Origin: Ginglymostoma cirratum
Lineage: Eukaryota
Assembly: GCA_024137785.1 (NCBI GenBank)
Contig: JAHRHZ010000002.1
Span: 20,720,881-20,784,880 of the forward strand
DNA length: 64,000 bases
Direction: 5' to 3'
Part shown: piece by piece, positions 40,769 to 53,039 of the stretch
Layout of the letters: every line of letters begins with the position of its first letter
How positions within the stretch are numbered: the first letter of the stretch is position 1
Translations under genes and position numbers: made by a program
The notes under the pieces: model-generated
What the model saw: only the letters and a program-made list of their open reading frames with translations
Databases searched by the model: none
What the model was told of the DNA's origin: nothing

Positions 40769-43367
40769 CTTCCAAACCCATGACCATCTAGAAGGAGAAC
40801 AGCAGCAGATACATGGGAGCACCACCACATGGGTGCAAGTTCCTCTCCAAGAGGCTCACCATCTTGACTTGAAATTATGTTGCTATTCCTTCAGAATAGT
40901 GAGGTCAAATCCTGAAAGTCCCCCCACATAGCATTGTGGGTCAACTTACATCAAACTGCAGCAGTTCAAGAATGCAGCTCACCTTCTCAGGGGCATCTAT
41001 AGATGGGCAATAAAGGATTACCGAGCCAGCAACACCCACCTCCCATGAATGAATAAAAATAAATTTAGGTCTCTTTTGAATTGAACTAACTTGCTTTTGA
41101 ATTAAATTCTTCAAAATAAACTTGCTCATTATAGATTCTGCTAAACCTGTTGTCTTAACTTTCCTTTAGCTGCAATAAACCTATATATGTTAAGTATTTT
41201 ATTCCATGCACATTCCAGGGATCTTTGCAGTCACCTTCTTTCTGACATGCACTGGCTTTGAGTCATGGTTCATTAATTTTTGAACACCTTTGCGAAAACC
41301 ACAGTCTTCCATGTCACTTGCTTGGAATCCAAATTCTTCAAAAGCAAAAATGATAAATATTCAATTACACATCTTTCATCACAAGAAGCTTGGAATTCTC
41401 TTCCATAAATGGCAAATGATGCTTAATCGATTGTTAATTCTAAATCTGACACTGACACTGATTTGAATGGATCCAAAGTTACTAAGGATATGTCAAGTCA
41501 ACTCACAGATCAGCCCCGATCTCATAGAACGGTGTAGCAGGTTTGAGAAGTTCCAACGTCCCTCTCCCACTCTCACACTTTGTCCACCTTCCTTTCAAAT
41601 TCATCTGTACACTTCATCTCACACTATTTTGTGTGGTAGTGAGTTCCACATTCTCCCTATTCTCTGGGTAAAGAAATTTCTCTTGAATTCTCTGTTGGAT
41701 TCCTTGAGGACTCCATCCTGTTTTTTTTTTCACATTATTTCATGTTGCTACAGTTCAAAAGGTCAGCATTTAATACCCATCCGTCCTGGCCCTTGATCTA
41801 AATGGCTGTCTTTGTATTGATAAATTATAGATCTAAAACGGTGGTGGAGTAGAATGGCCCAGTCGGAGCTTGACCGCGCTGTTCATTTTTTGTTTATTTT
41901 CCCTCTCTCGTTTTTTTTTCTCTCTTGTCTTTGTGCTTTTGTGCCAGCAGCCTGGAGCAGAGCAGAGGCGACCAGCGGAGCGCGGATGGCGGCCAATGGC
42001 CCGGAGCAAAGTGGGCACGGACAGCGACCTGGGGATGGCCTGGTATAAAGGTGGCTACTCTTGGAAACCAGTGGATCTTGGTGAGATCACTTCAAAGCCA
42101 TTATAGAAAGACTGGAATAGATTTATTTCTTATTTTCCTAACTTATATTTGTAATGTAGAGTAACTAGTTTTTATTTTCTCTATCTGCGGACCTAAGATT
42201 TGCGCCTCGGTATTTTGTACCTAAGATGATACCATGTGGTGGTGACATTATACACTTTTCACTCTACTCCTGTTCTTTTTTTAAGCTCGAGTACATGTGA
42301 CAATAAAATTAAATCTAATAAATCTAATTCTGATAACATGGGCAGTTAAGAGTCGGCCACATTGCTGTCGAGTCAATTGTACCTAAGTGGGTATTCACAA
42401 CTAATTGTGATTGTTGTCATGGTCACCATCATGGAAACGAGCTTTGAATTTCAGGTTTTATTAATTGCATTTAAATTCCACCGACTGCCTTGGTGGAATT
42501 TGACCCAAGTCTGCAGTCACTCGGATATAGTTAGAATGCAGGTGCTGGAGGCAGAGGTAATACAGTGTGGAGTGGAGGAACACAGCAGGCCAGACAACGT
42601 CAGAGGAGCAGGAAAGTTGACCCTTCTTGGGTTCTGACCCGAAACGTCAATTTTCCTGCTCCTCTGATGCTGCCTGGCCTGCTGTGTTCCTCCAGTTCCA
42701 CACAGTGTTATCTCTACAGATTATTTGCTTGGTTCTGTGGATTCATGTCCAGTTACATGACACCATGCCACCCTCTCCCAGTAGATGGGGATCCAGAAAA
42801 TTTTGGCTTCCCCCACAGGTGGAAACATCATCTGTCCGCAGACTGTGAAAATGCTAGGTTTAACAAAATTAGCAGATATTTTTCATTAAAGAATCAAATT
42901 CACATTCAGGAGCTGATTGCAGAATTTAAAAACAATCTATTGGAACAGAACAGCTAAAATCCATCTATTGAGGGACAATCATTTTAACGTTAAATAAAAG
43001 TATTCAGCTCCCAATGTATAGCAATAAATAACTTGTTTCTGAAGTCCAGGACAAACAGGGTAGTTATATCTGGATTACTACTAGTGCCACGTGATAATGA
43101 GGTAAGAAATAGGGAGAGAGTGCAGCTAAACATGTGGCTACAGGGCTGGTGTAGGAGGGAGGGCTTTTGGAGCTCATTCCGGGGGAAAGTGGGACATGTA
43201 CTGGAAGGATGGCTTGCACCTGAACCAGAAGGGCACAAATATCCTGGGAGGGAGGTTTGCTTGAGCTAAATGGGATGGTTTAAACTACATTGGCAGGGGA
43301 TGGGGAACCGGATTTGTAATTCAGAGGATGAGATATTCAGCCTTCCAACAGACACAACAGGGAGTGA

Positions 43368-43583
43368 TAACAAGGTGTAGAGCTGGATGAACACAGCAGG
43401 CCAAGCAGCATCAGAGGAGCAGGAAAGCTGACATTTCGGGCCTAGACCCATTTTCTGAAGAAGGGCCTAGGCCCGAAACATCAGCCTTCTTGCTCCTCTG
43501 ATACTGCTTGGCCTGCTGAGTTCATCCAGCTCTACACCTTGTTATCTCAGATTCTCCAGCATCTGCAGTTCCTACTATCTCTC
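43368..43583. mobile_element. Short fold-back PLE-derived element inserted into a CR1 LINE
   Basis: Inverted arms. 15-bp direct repeat cacaacagggagtga at 43353-43367 and 43584-43598. Confidence 0.85.
43455..43482 (+). ncRNA. Hammerhead-like motif in a PLE-derived fold-back element
   Basis: CTGAAGA-A-GGGCCTAGGCCC-GAAAC-ATC (GUC to AUC, consistent with CpG decay). Confidence 0.6.
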
Positions 43584-46500
43584 CACAACAGGGAGTGAGG
43601 TTGTTAATAAAGAAATGCAGTCGATGGAGCATAATTGTGGACACAAGGATGGTTTGAAGTGTATATACTTCAATGCTAGAATTATCGGAAATGAGGCGGA
43701 TGAACTTAGAGCATGGGTCAGTACTTGGAACTATGATGTTGTGGCCATTTCAGAAACTTGGATAACCCAGGTACAGGAATGATTGTTAGAAGTTCCAGGA
43801 TTTAGATGCTTTAAAAGAAATAAGAAGGTGGTAAAAGAGGTGGGGGAGTGGCATTGCTAGTCAGGGCTAGTATAGCAGCTACTGAAGGCAGTTCGAGAAT
43901 GATTTGTGTACAGAGTCAGTTTGGGTTCAGGTCCAGAACAAGAAAGGAGTAGTCACTTTGTTGGGGTTTTTTTTACAGACCCCGTAATAGTTGCAGAGAA
44001 GTGCAGGAGCGGATTGGGAGGTAGATACCGGAAACGTGCAGAAGTCACCGGGTTGTCGTCATGGGTGACTTCAACTTTCCAAACATTGATTGGAAACTTT
44101 TTAGTTGTAATAGTTTAGATGAAGTGGGTTTTGTCCAGTGCGTTCAGGAAGGATTCCTGACACATGTAGATAGACCACATGAGGAGAGGCCACTTTGGAT
44201 TTGGTGCTTGGCAATGAACAGGGCCAAATGTTAGACCTGTTGGTAGGAGACCCTTTGGTGATAGCGATCATAACTCTGTTACTTTTACAACAGTCATGGA
44301 AAAGGATTGATACATACTGCAGGGTAAGGTTTATAATTGGGGGAAGGGTAATTATAACTCTATTCAGCAAGAACTGGGTAACATAAAATGGGAAAAGATG
44401 CTGTCTGGGAAGAGCACTATAGAAATGTGGGGATTGTTTAAGAAATGCATACTGTGTGTGCTCGATATGTTTGTCCCTAGCAGGCAGGGAAGAAGCGGTC
44501 GAGTGAGGGAGCCTTGATTCTCGAGAGAGGTTGAATGACTAGTTAAGAGGAAGAAGGATGCTTAGGATTTTAGGAAACAAGGATCGGAAAAGGCTCTAGA
44601 GGGATACATGTTAGCCCAGAAAGAGCTGAAGAAAGGGCTTAGGAGAGCTATAAGGGGGCATGAGAAAACCTTGGCAGATAGGATCAAGGAAAACTCCAAG
44701 GCTTTTTACATGTATGTGAGGAATAAGAGAATGACCAGAGAAAGGGTACGGCTGATCAAGGATTGTAAAGGGAATTTCTGCATGGAGCCTAAAGAGATAG
44801 GAGAGGTCCTTAATGAATACTTTTCTTCGGTATTCACAACTGAGAGGGACCTAGTTGTAGAGGAGGACAGTGTGAAACAGGCTAGTAGGCTAGAGGAGGT
44901 GGATGTTCGTAAGGAAGATGTACTAGGAATTTTGAGGAACTTGAAGATAGATAATTCCCCCTGGACTCATTGGATTTATCCAAAGATTCTATGGGAAGTG
45001 AGGGAAGAGATCGCAGGGCCTTTGGCGGTGATATTTTCATCCTCACTGTCTATGGGTATAGTGCCGGGAGATTGGAGAGAGGCAAACGTCATTCCTTTGT
45101 TCAAAAAGGGAATAGGGATAACCATGGAAATTACAGGCCAGTTAGTCTTACTTCAGTGGTGAGCAAAATTTTGGAAAGGGCGCTGAGATATCGGATTTAT
45201 GATCACTTGGATAGGCACAGTTTGATTTGTGATAGCCAGCATGGATTTGTGAGGGGTAGATCATGCCTCACAAGCCTTATTGAATTCTTTGAAGAGGTGA
45301 CTAAACACGTGGATGAAGGTAGAGCAGTGTATGTGGTATGTATGGATTTAAGTAAGGCATTCCCCATGGTAGGCTCATGCAGAAAGTAAGGAGCATGGGA
45401 TAGGGGGAAATGTGGCAGATTGGATTCAGAATTGGCTGACCCTTAGAAGACAAAGGGTGGTAGTGGCCGGAAAATATTCAACATGGTGTTCATTTACAAG
45501 TGGTGCACCACAAGGATCTGTTCTGCGTCCTCTTCTATTTGTGATTTTTGTAAATGATTTGGATGTAGGAGTGGAAGGGTGGATTAGTAAGTTCGTGGAT
45601 GATACGAAGGTGGGTCGAGTTGTGGATAGTGCGGAGGGCTGTCCTAGGTTACAAAGGGACATTGATAGGATGCAGAGCTGGGCTGAGAAGTGAAGATGGA
45701 GTTTAACCCTGAAAAGTGTGAGGTGATTCATTTTGGAAGGACAAATTTGAAAGCAGGATACAGGGTTAACGGAAAGATTCCTGGCAGTGTGGAGGAGCAG
45801 AGGGATCTTGGGGTTCATGTTCACAGTTCCCTGAAAGCTGCCACCTGGGTGGATAGAGTTGTGAAGAAGGTGTACGGTGTGTTAGCTTTCATTAATAGAG
45901 GGATTGAGTTCAAGAGCCGTGAAGTTATGCTCCAGCTATACAAAAGCCTGGTTCGGCCACATCCGGAATATTATGTCCACTTCTGGTTGCCTCGTTACAA
46001 GAAAGATGTGGAAGTGTTGGAAAAGGTGCAGCGGAGAATGACCAGGATGTTGCCTGAAATGGAGGGAAGGTTTTATGAGGAAAGCTTGAGACAGCTAGGG
46101 CTTTTCTCTTTAGAACAACAAAGGATGAGAGGTGACTTGACAGAGGTGTACAAAGTGATCAGAGGTATAGATAGAGTGGACAGCCAGAGACTTTTCCCTA
46201 GGGTGGAGGTAGCTATTATGAGGGGGCATAGTTTTAAAGTGAGTGGAGATAGAGATAGGGGAGACTTCAGAGGTAGATTCTTTACTCAGAGAGTGGTAGG
46301 AGCATGGAACGCATTGCCAGAGAGGGTAGTGGAATTGGCCTCATTAGGGGCATTTAAGCGGCAATTAGATAGGCATATGGATGATAGTATAAGGTAGGAG
46401 TGGAGGTTAGATAGACCTAAGGTTTAGCATAAAAGTTTGGCACAACATCATGGGCCGAAGGGCCTGTACTGTGCTGTACTGTTCTATGTTCTATTCTACA

Positions 46501-47372
46501 CTCCTGATTTCAGAGTTGCCTGAAGAGTGTGTTATTTATATTAACCCAGGACAGACTTCAGTTTAACATCGCACCTGAAAGATAGTACCACTGAGAGTGC
46601 AGCACTGAGAGTTTCTGCATTGGGACTTGAACTCACAACCTTCTGACTCAGAGATGAGAGAGAGATTTGGGTCGCAGTCAATTACAGTCATTTTCCCAAG
46701 AGTAAACTTAACCTCCCGTCTTAGTCATCACTCTGCTACAGCCACAGAAGACACATAGGCAAACAGAGAAAATTGACTCAATCCCCAATCTCTCTGTTCC
46801 CAGTTACGGAATTACTCAATCCCAAAACAAAACCCCAGTGCCCCCCCCCAACCCCCACCGTCTACGAGACTGATGACTGTTTCAACAAGACTGTTGCTGC
46901 AGTCTCTCCTAATGTCACCGATTTCACAACTGGGTTTGAATTAGCAGCACAATTCAGAAAAGGGGATTGTGCAACATCGAAACAGCAGGAGACCATTCAG
47001 CCTCTTGAACCAGTTCTGTAGTTGAGTTAGATGATGGCTGATCCATATTTTCAGTCCATCCTTACACCTTTGTTCTGTATTCTTTAGTAACTGTACCCAA
47101 CAAAGGTATATTGATCCCAGATTTGGAATTTTAATTTGCAATCCACCCCAGTCCTGTTCCCATACGCCTGCCCACGCATTCACTGTCTACACCAACTTTG
47201 CCCCCTCTGCTATCATTCTGACTCTGACAGGGAGAGAGAGATCTGGGTCTCTGCTTCTTTTTGTGTGAAAAAGTGCTTCTAAATAATTGCCCAAAATGAC
47301 TGAAAACAAAACAAAACAAAAATTCTGGACATCACAGTGGGACAGGCAGCATCCATGGAGAAAAAGCAAGCT

Positions 47373-47403
47373 AACATTTCGAGTCTAAATGGCTCTTCAT
47401 CAG
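47373..47403 (-). ncRNA. Hammerhead-like motif, different subfamily
   Basis: Reverse complement reads gct-CTGATGA-A-GAGCCATTTAGACTC-GAAAT-GTT-agc, with stem II GAG/CTC and stem I gct/agc. Confidence 0.55.
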
Positions 47404-47840
47404 AGCCTTGCTCGAAATGTAACGCCTTGGACTGGCCCCCGACCTCTTCCCCACTTCCTTTAGCCTCCCTATTTTAGGACAAAGTGCTCGAAGTGTTGTC
47501 CCAATCGTAATATAGGAAACGCAGGAACCAACTTGTGCATAGCAAGATCCCACAATCAGCAAACGCGCAAGTGTGTGCTGGAGCAAGACCCGAATCCTTA
47601 ATCTACTGACTCGAAGGTGCCAGACTAGCAGACTGATTAGCTTCCATAATTGGCTTCGAAATGATCAAGTTGAACACAGACTGGTTCACAAACAGCAAAG
47701 ATTTAGACTATTCGCGGTTGGCAGTCAACTGCCAGCCTTGCCCACGTTCCAGGGAAAGAAACAGCCCTCAACACTCCGACTCAGCACATCCTCGGCTCAA
47801 GCAACTCCCAACAAAGTGGCAATGAGACCATCCATCTTAC

Positions 47841-47903
47841 CTGAGTTGAGGTGGTCAGGACGGGGTTCAGGAGCAGTGTGAAAACCACAAGCTGAGCCAT
47901 CAT
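47841..47903 (-). CDS. OLFML2-like coding exon 1 (signal peptide)
   Basis: ATG in good Kozak context (acacgATG). Encodes hydrophobic MMAQLVVFTLLLNPVLTTSTQ, then cag|gtaaga phase-0 donor. Spliced CDS totals 1578 nt (525 aa). Confidence 0.78.
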
Positions 47904-48976
47904 CGTGTTACCGACTCCTGCCCTTACAGCCTGGCTCCGCACGGCAGCAGAAACCCACCAAGAGCAGGAGCTGGCATTGTATCGGGGTTAAACTGGGATG
48001 CCACTCTGTGTCCCCATCTTAGGCTAGGTTGGAAAGGGATGTTGGCGGGTGCGGAGGGTCGGGAGGTGGGACAGAGTGTCAGAGGTAGAGGTGCCTCCTG
48101 GTGCTAGAGCTCCATTGTTTCCGTCCTGTCAGGTCAGATGCTGACACCCGCTGGCCAGTGCTCCTCGAGGGGCGTGGGTGGTCGATCCTCACAGCTCTAC
48201 CCTTCTCCTCTCAATAACACCAAGCAGAATTTCACCTAGAGGACTACACTCCAGCCTCTGTTTGCTTTCACTTTCTTAGCAGTCCTGACTCCCTCTCTCT
48301 CTCTGATAACACGCACACGGGCACCTTGTTCTGCCTCTCCGCACGCATCTGTCGTGCTGTTCCACAGACCGGGGTGAGGAACTAACTGCTGGTTTAACCC
48401 GTTACACTCCGAGACTTCTACCCACTGCCACCGGCTCACCTGGCCAACAGCACCATCTACAGACAGAGCGATTGCAAGAAACTGCAGATGCTGGAAGTCA
48501 GAGTTGATACCAGTGTGGATGGAGTCGGTGGAACACAGCAGGTCAGGCAGCAATTAGAGGAGCAGGAGAGTCGACGTTTCGGGTCGGGACTCTTCATGAA
48601 AGGTCCTGAGGAAAGGTCCCGACCGGAAACATCGACTTTCCAGCTTCTCTGATGTTGCCTAACCTGCTGTGTTCCTCCAGCTCCGCACTCCATCTACAGG
48701 CAGAGCTGGCCGCCAGGGAGCCGGAAGGAGCCTGTTCCCAATTCCCCAGTAGGGGAAAGTTGACAAGCTTGAGAACCCCAGCCTCCACGAACAGTGGTCA
48801 CTCGTTACTTTTTTACACATACACCCCGAACCAAGCCGATTGGGATCTTCTGCAGTATTAAATTTGAATCCAACAACTAAATAACTGCGGGTGCTATAAA
48901 CCAGGAACAAAAACAGAGTTGCTGGAAAAGGCTGAGCAGGTCTGGCTGCATCTGTGAAGGAAAGGAAAACAGAATT

Positions 48977-49006
48977 AACGTTTCAGGTCCGGTGACCCTT
49001 CCTCAG
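48977..49006 (-). ncRNA. Hammerhead-like motif, different subfamily
   Basis: Reverse complement reads CTGAGGA-A-GGGTCACCGGACCT-GAAAC-GTT. Confidence 0.6.
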
Positions 49007-49412
49007 AACCTTTAGAAGACTTTGTTGTTGAATTCAACAACATCTTGCATTTATATATTGCCGTCAACACATTAAAACAAACCAAAGCACTTCACAATGG
49101 TTCTGTGCCAGCCTGGTTCGCTATAAGCTGTGGCTCAGTAGATAGCAGCTTCCCACCCCGCAAAATTGAAACAGAAGGCTGTGGGGTCAACAATTCAGCA
49201 CAGAAATCCAGGCTGACAGCAGCTCAGTGCCAAAGGGGAGCCACACTGTCAGAAAAGCTGTCTTTACAGACGAGACATTAAAGTGCCGTCCCCAGTTGAC
49301 TGGAATTGTATCAGAGAAAAAAGGTACTGCAGATGCTGGAGAATCCGAGATAACAAGCATGGGGCTGGATGAACACAGCAGGTCAAGCAGCATCATAGGA
49401 GCAGGAAAACTC

Positions 49413-49440
49413 GACGTTTCGGGCCTAAACCCTTCATCAG
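49413..49440 (-). ncRNA. Minimal hammerhead ribozyme motif (inverted arm of the PLE)
   Basis: Reverse complement reads CTGATGAAGGGTTTAGGCCCGAAACGTC. Confidence 0.75.
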
Positions 49441-50334
49441 AAATGGGGGAGGGGAAGAGGGTTCTGAAATAAATAGGGAAAGAGGGGGAGGCGGATAGAG
49501 GATGGATAGAGGAGAGGATAGGTGGAGAGGAGGCAGACAAGTCGAAGAGGCGGGGATGGAGCCAGTAAAGGTGAGTGTAGGTAGTGGGGTAGGGAGGAGA
49601 TAGGTCAGTCCAGGGAGGACGGACAGGTCAAGGGGGCAGGATGATGTTAGTAGATAGGAGATGGGGGTGTGGCTTGGGGTGAGAGGAAAAACAGGTTAGG
49701 GAGGTGGAGATGAACTGGGCTGGTTTTGGGATGCGGTTGGGGGAGGGGAGATTTTGAAGCTTGTGAAATCCACATTGATGCCATTGGGCTGCAGGGCTTC
49801 CAGGCTGAATATGATTTGCTGTTCCTGCAGCCTCAGCTACCTGGAATACACCTCCTCCCACCCACCCTCCTGCAAAAATGCCATCCCCTATTCCCAATTC
49901 CTTCGCCTCTGCCGCATCTGCTCCCAGGATGAGACATTCCAATCCCGCACATCTCAAATGTCCTCATTCTTCAAGGACCGCAACTTCCCCCCCACAGTGG
50001 TCGAGAACGCCCTCGACCGTGTCTCCCGCATTTCCCGGAACACATCCCTCACGCCCCGTCCCCACAACAATAACCAAAAAAGAATCCCCCTCGTCCTCAC
50101 ATACCACCCCACCAACCTCCGGATCCAACGCATCATCCTCCGACACTTCCGCCATCTGCAGTCAGACCCCACCCTCCCCACCCTTATCTGCCTTCCGGAG
50201 GGACCACTCCCTCCGCGACTCCCTTGTCCACTCCACACTCCCCTCCAGCCCCACCACACCCGGCACTTTTCCTTGTAACCGCAGGAAGTGCTACACCTGC
50301 CCCCACACCTCCTCCCTCACCCCAATCCCAGGCC

Positions 50335-50434
50335 NNNNNNNNNNNNNNNNNNNNNNNNNNNNNNNNNNNNNNNNNNNNNNNNNNNNNNNNNNNNNNNNNN
50401 NNNNNNNNNNNNNNNNNNNNNNNNNNNNNNNNNN
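50335..50434. other. Assembly gap (100 N)
   Basis: Run of N flanked by an identical ~104-bp sequence on both sides (50231-50334 and 50438-50541). Confidence 0.98.
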
Positions 50435-51194
50435 CAACTCCACACTCCCCTCCAGCCCCACCACACCCGGCACTTTTCCTTGTAACCGCAGGAAGTGCTA
50501 CACCTGCCCCCACACCTCCTCCCTCACCCCAATCCCAGGCCCCAAGAAGACTTTCCACTTCAGGCAGAGGTTCACCTGCACATCTGCCAATGTGGTATAC
50601 TGCATCCGCTGTACCCGTTGTGGCTTCCTCTACATCGGGGAAACCAAGCGGAGGCTTGGGGACCGCTTTGCAGAACACCTGCGCTCAGTTCACAACAAAC
50701 AACTGCACCTCCCAGTTGCGAACCATTTCAACTCCCCCTCCCATTCCTCAGATGACATGTCCATCCTTGGCCTCCTACAATGCCACAGTGATGCCACCCA
50801 AAGGTTGCAGGAACAGCAAATCATATTCAGCCTGGGAACCCTGCAGCCCAATGGCATCAATGTGGATTTCACAAGCTTCAAAATCTCCCCTCCCCCAACC
50901 GCATCCCAAAACCAGCCCAGCTCATCTCCACCTCCCTAACCTGTTTTTCCTCTCACCCCAAGCCACACCCCCATCTCCTATCTACTAACATCATCCCGCC
51001 CTCTTGACCTGTCCGTCCTCCCTGGACTGACCTATCTCCTCCCTACCCCGCTACCTACACTCACCTTTACTGGCTCCATCCCTGCCTCTTCGACTTCTCT
51101 GCCTCCTCTCCACCTATCCTCTCCTCTATCCATCCTCTGTCCGCCTCCCCCTCTCTCCCTATTTATTTCAGAACCCTCTTCCCCTCCCCCATTT

Positions 51195-51222
51195 CTGATG
51201 AAGGGTTTAGGCCCGAAACGTC
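51195..51222 (+). ncRNA. Minimal type-I hammerhead ribozyme motif (PLE terminal repeat)
   Basis: CTGATGA-A-GGGTTTAGGCCC-GAAAC-GTC: catalytic core, stem II hairpin, palindromic ACGT stem III and GUC cleavage triplet. Confidence 0.75.
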
Positions 51223-51484
51223 AAGTTTTCCTGCTCCTATGATGCTGCTTGACCTGCTGTGTTCATCCAGCCCCATGCTTGTTATCCCAGTTGACTGGAA
51301 GGCTGGTTTGCGATGCAAAGTGACACCAACAACGTGGATTTAATTCCTGTGCCAGCTGAGGTTACCATGAAGGACTTTCTTTCTCGACCTCTCCCCTCAC
51401 CCGAAGTGAGGTGACCCTCAGGTTAAAGAAGCACCAGTCAAATCACTGGTAAATCTATGGGAACTTTATCTTAAAGCAACACCC

Positions 51485-51755
51485 CACATCTGCCTGTTCA
51501 GGTGACTATAAATATCCCACAGTACTATTTTGCAGGAGAGTTCTCCCTGGCATCCTATCAATATTGAAGATCATACAAAACTAGTCGTTATCACATTGCT
51601 GTTTGAGGGAGGCTGGTGTGCACAGGTTGGCTGTTGTGTGTCCTAAATTACAACAGTGAGTACACATCAGTAACACTTTATTGGCTGGCAAGAACTTTCA
51701 AGTGTCCGGTGTTTGTGAAAGATACTGTCGCAATGGAAGGCCTCCTGTATTCTTT
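51485..51755 (+). mobile_element. DeuSINE-like (SacSINE1/AmnSINE1-type) element
   Basis: atcacattgctgtttg.ggga..ctggtgtgcac..gttggctg...cctaaattacaacagtga resembles the Deu-domain 3' region. Fragments also at ~5290-5490, 12730-12900 and 28120-28290(-). Confidence 0.55.
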
Positions 51756-53039
51756 ATCAAAAAAAAACTTGGCACAAGCCACATAAAAAAAAATTTTAAT
51801 CCACTCTCATTTTATGTACAGGCTTTCGAGTCACTGTCTCTGAGTATCCCTATCTCTGAGCCAGGAGGCCTGGGTTTAAGTCCTACCTGCTCCATGTAGC
51901 TGGAATAAAGTAGAAGCAAATGACAGCAGATGCTGGAATCCGTACTGAAAACAAAAACAAAATGCTGGAGATCACGATGGGTCAGGCAGCATCCATGGAA
52001 AGAAAGCTAACTAATGTTTCAAGTCTGGATATTGTCTCTGAACAGGTTGATTAGGAAACTATCTCCTCATTTCATGTAGTCACCATTTGGGTGGCACCTT
52101 GTCAAAGCCTTTGAACTGTTAGTTCTTACTTATCCAGCTTCTTACATCCCCAAAGAAAACTGAACTTTGTCACTATGGTGGAGTAATCAAAATCAACGAT
52201 GCTTAAGAGGCGAAGGTAGTTGGCATGGAAGATGTTATGGAAATTGGGAGATTTGAAAACAAAGACGAGAATTTGAGAGTCATTGTTGTGTGATAGGTGA
52301 ATGGTGTTTGGTATAACTTAGGACAAGGCAGAAGAAATTTGGATGAGGTGAAACTGATAGAATGCAGGAAGTCAATGAGGACAGCCAGGGACTGGTCACA
52401 TCTGGAATTAAAGGCGTGGATAAAGATTTCAGCATCAGATGAGCTGAGTCTGAGATGGAGGGAGGTGTTACACATTGGAAGTGAGGAATCTCAATAAAAG
52501 TGTAGGTTTGAGCTGAAAATCTCAGAGAAGGAATGGATGGTGTGTCCATCCAACAGTTTACTCTGAACTCAGATTGTCTCTGGACTTCGGTATATCATTG
52601 AGTAAACCCAGCAGCCAATGAGAAGAAGTGAGCAACGATTCTGAATGCTTTCAGTGATCAGTGCCCAATGGGTCAGCTGCACCTGACTAAGCTGATTCCG
52701 TAAAAACCCTGAAATAGTTAATCCAGCTTTAGTGGGTAATTCCATATCATCATGTACATTGTGACCTAGTCTTGCGGTATGATTTCAACACGAATAATAA
52801 AAATGGACTCAAAGCTAGAAAATCCTTATCGGGTCTTTCCTAGAAAATGTATCCTTCACTGTTACTAGAGGCTGGAACTCCCTCCTTAACAGCACTATGG
52901 CTGTCCCCTAAACTAAACCCCATGGACTGCCGCACACTAAGATGGCAGTTCATTACCTTCTCCAGGGTAGTTGCCAAGCCAGCAACACACACATTCTAGA
53001 GCCTTAAACAAAGTAAGTACATGAGTTAGCTGTAAGATC

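Larger units (their letters stand above)
43040..46495 (+). mobile_element. Near-full-length CR1 LINE (ORF1 esterase C-terminus, ORF2 APE endonuclease + RT), frameshifted
   Basis: RVVISGLL..WLQGWCRREGF (ORF1), then CIYFNAR/YDVVAISETW, GDFNFP, NYRPVSLTS, QHGF, GAPQGSVL, KFVDDTK and RGRFFTQRVV. Tail gttctatgttctat. Confidence 0.93.
49306..51285 (+). mobile_element. Penelope-like retroelement remnant (RT C-terminus + GIY-YIG endonuclease) with inverted terminal arms
   Basis: Encodes IPYSQFLRLCRICS and CTSANVVYCIRCTRCGFLYIGETKRRLGDRFAEH...VANHF...PNGIN (PLE GIY-YIG). 49349-49833 is the reverse complement of ~50801-51286. 15-bp direct repeat cccagttgactggaa at 49291-49305 and 51286-51300. Confidence 0.9.

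Noticed and set aside
50231-50541. Apparent tandem duplication of the PGTFPCNRRKCYTC zinc-knuckle segment in the 353-aa ORF
   Set aside because: Identical copies flank a 100-N gap, typical of an unmerged contig overlap rather than biology.
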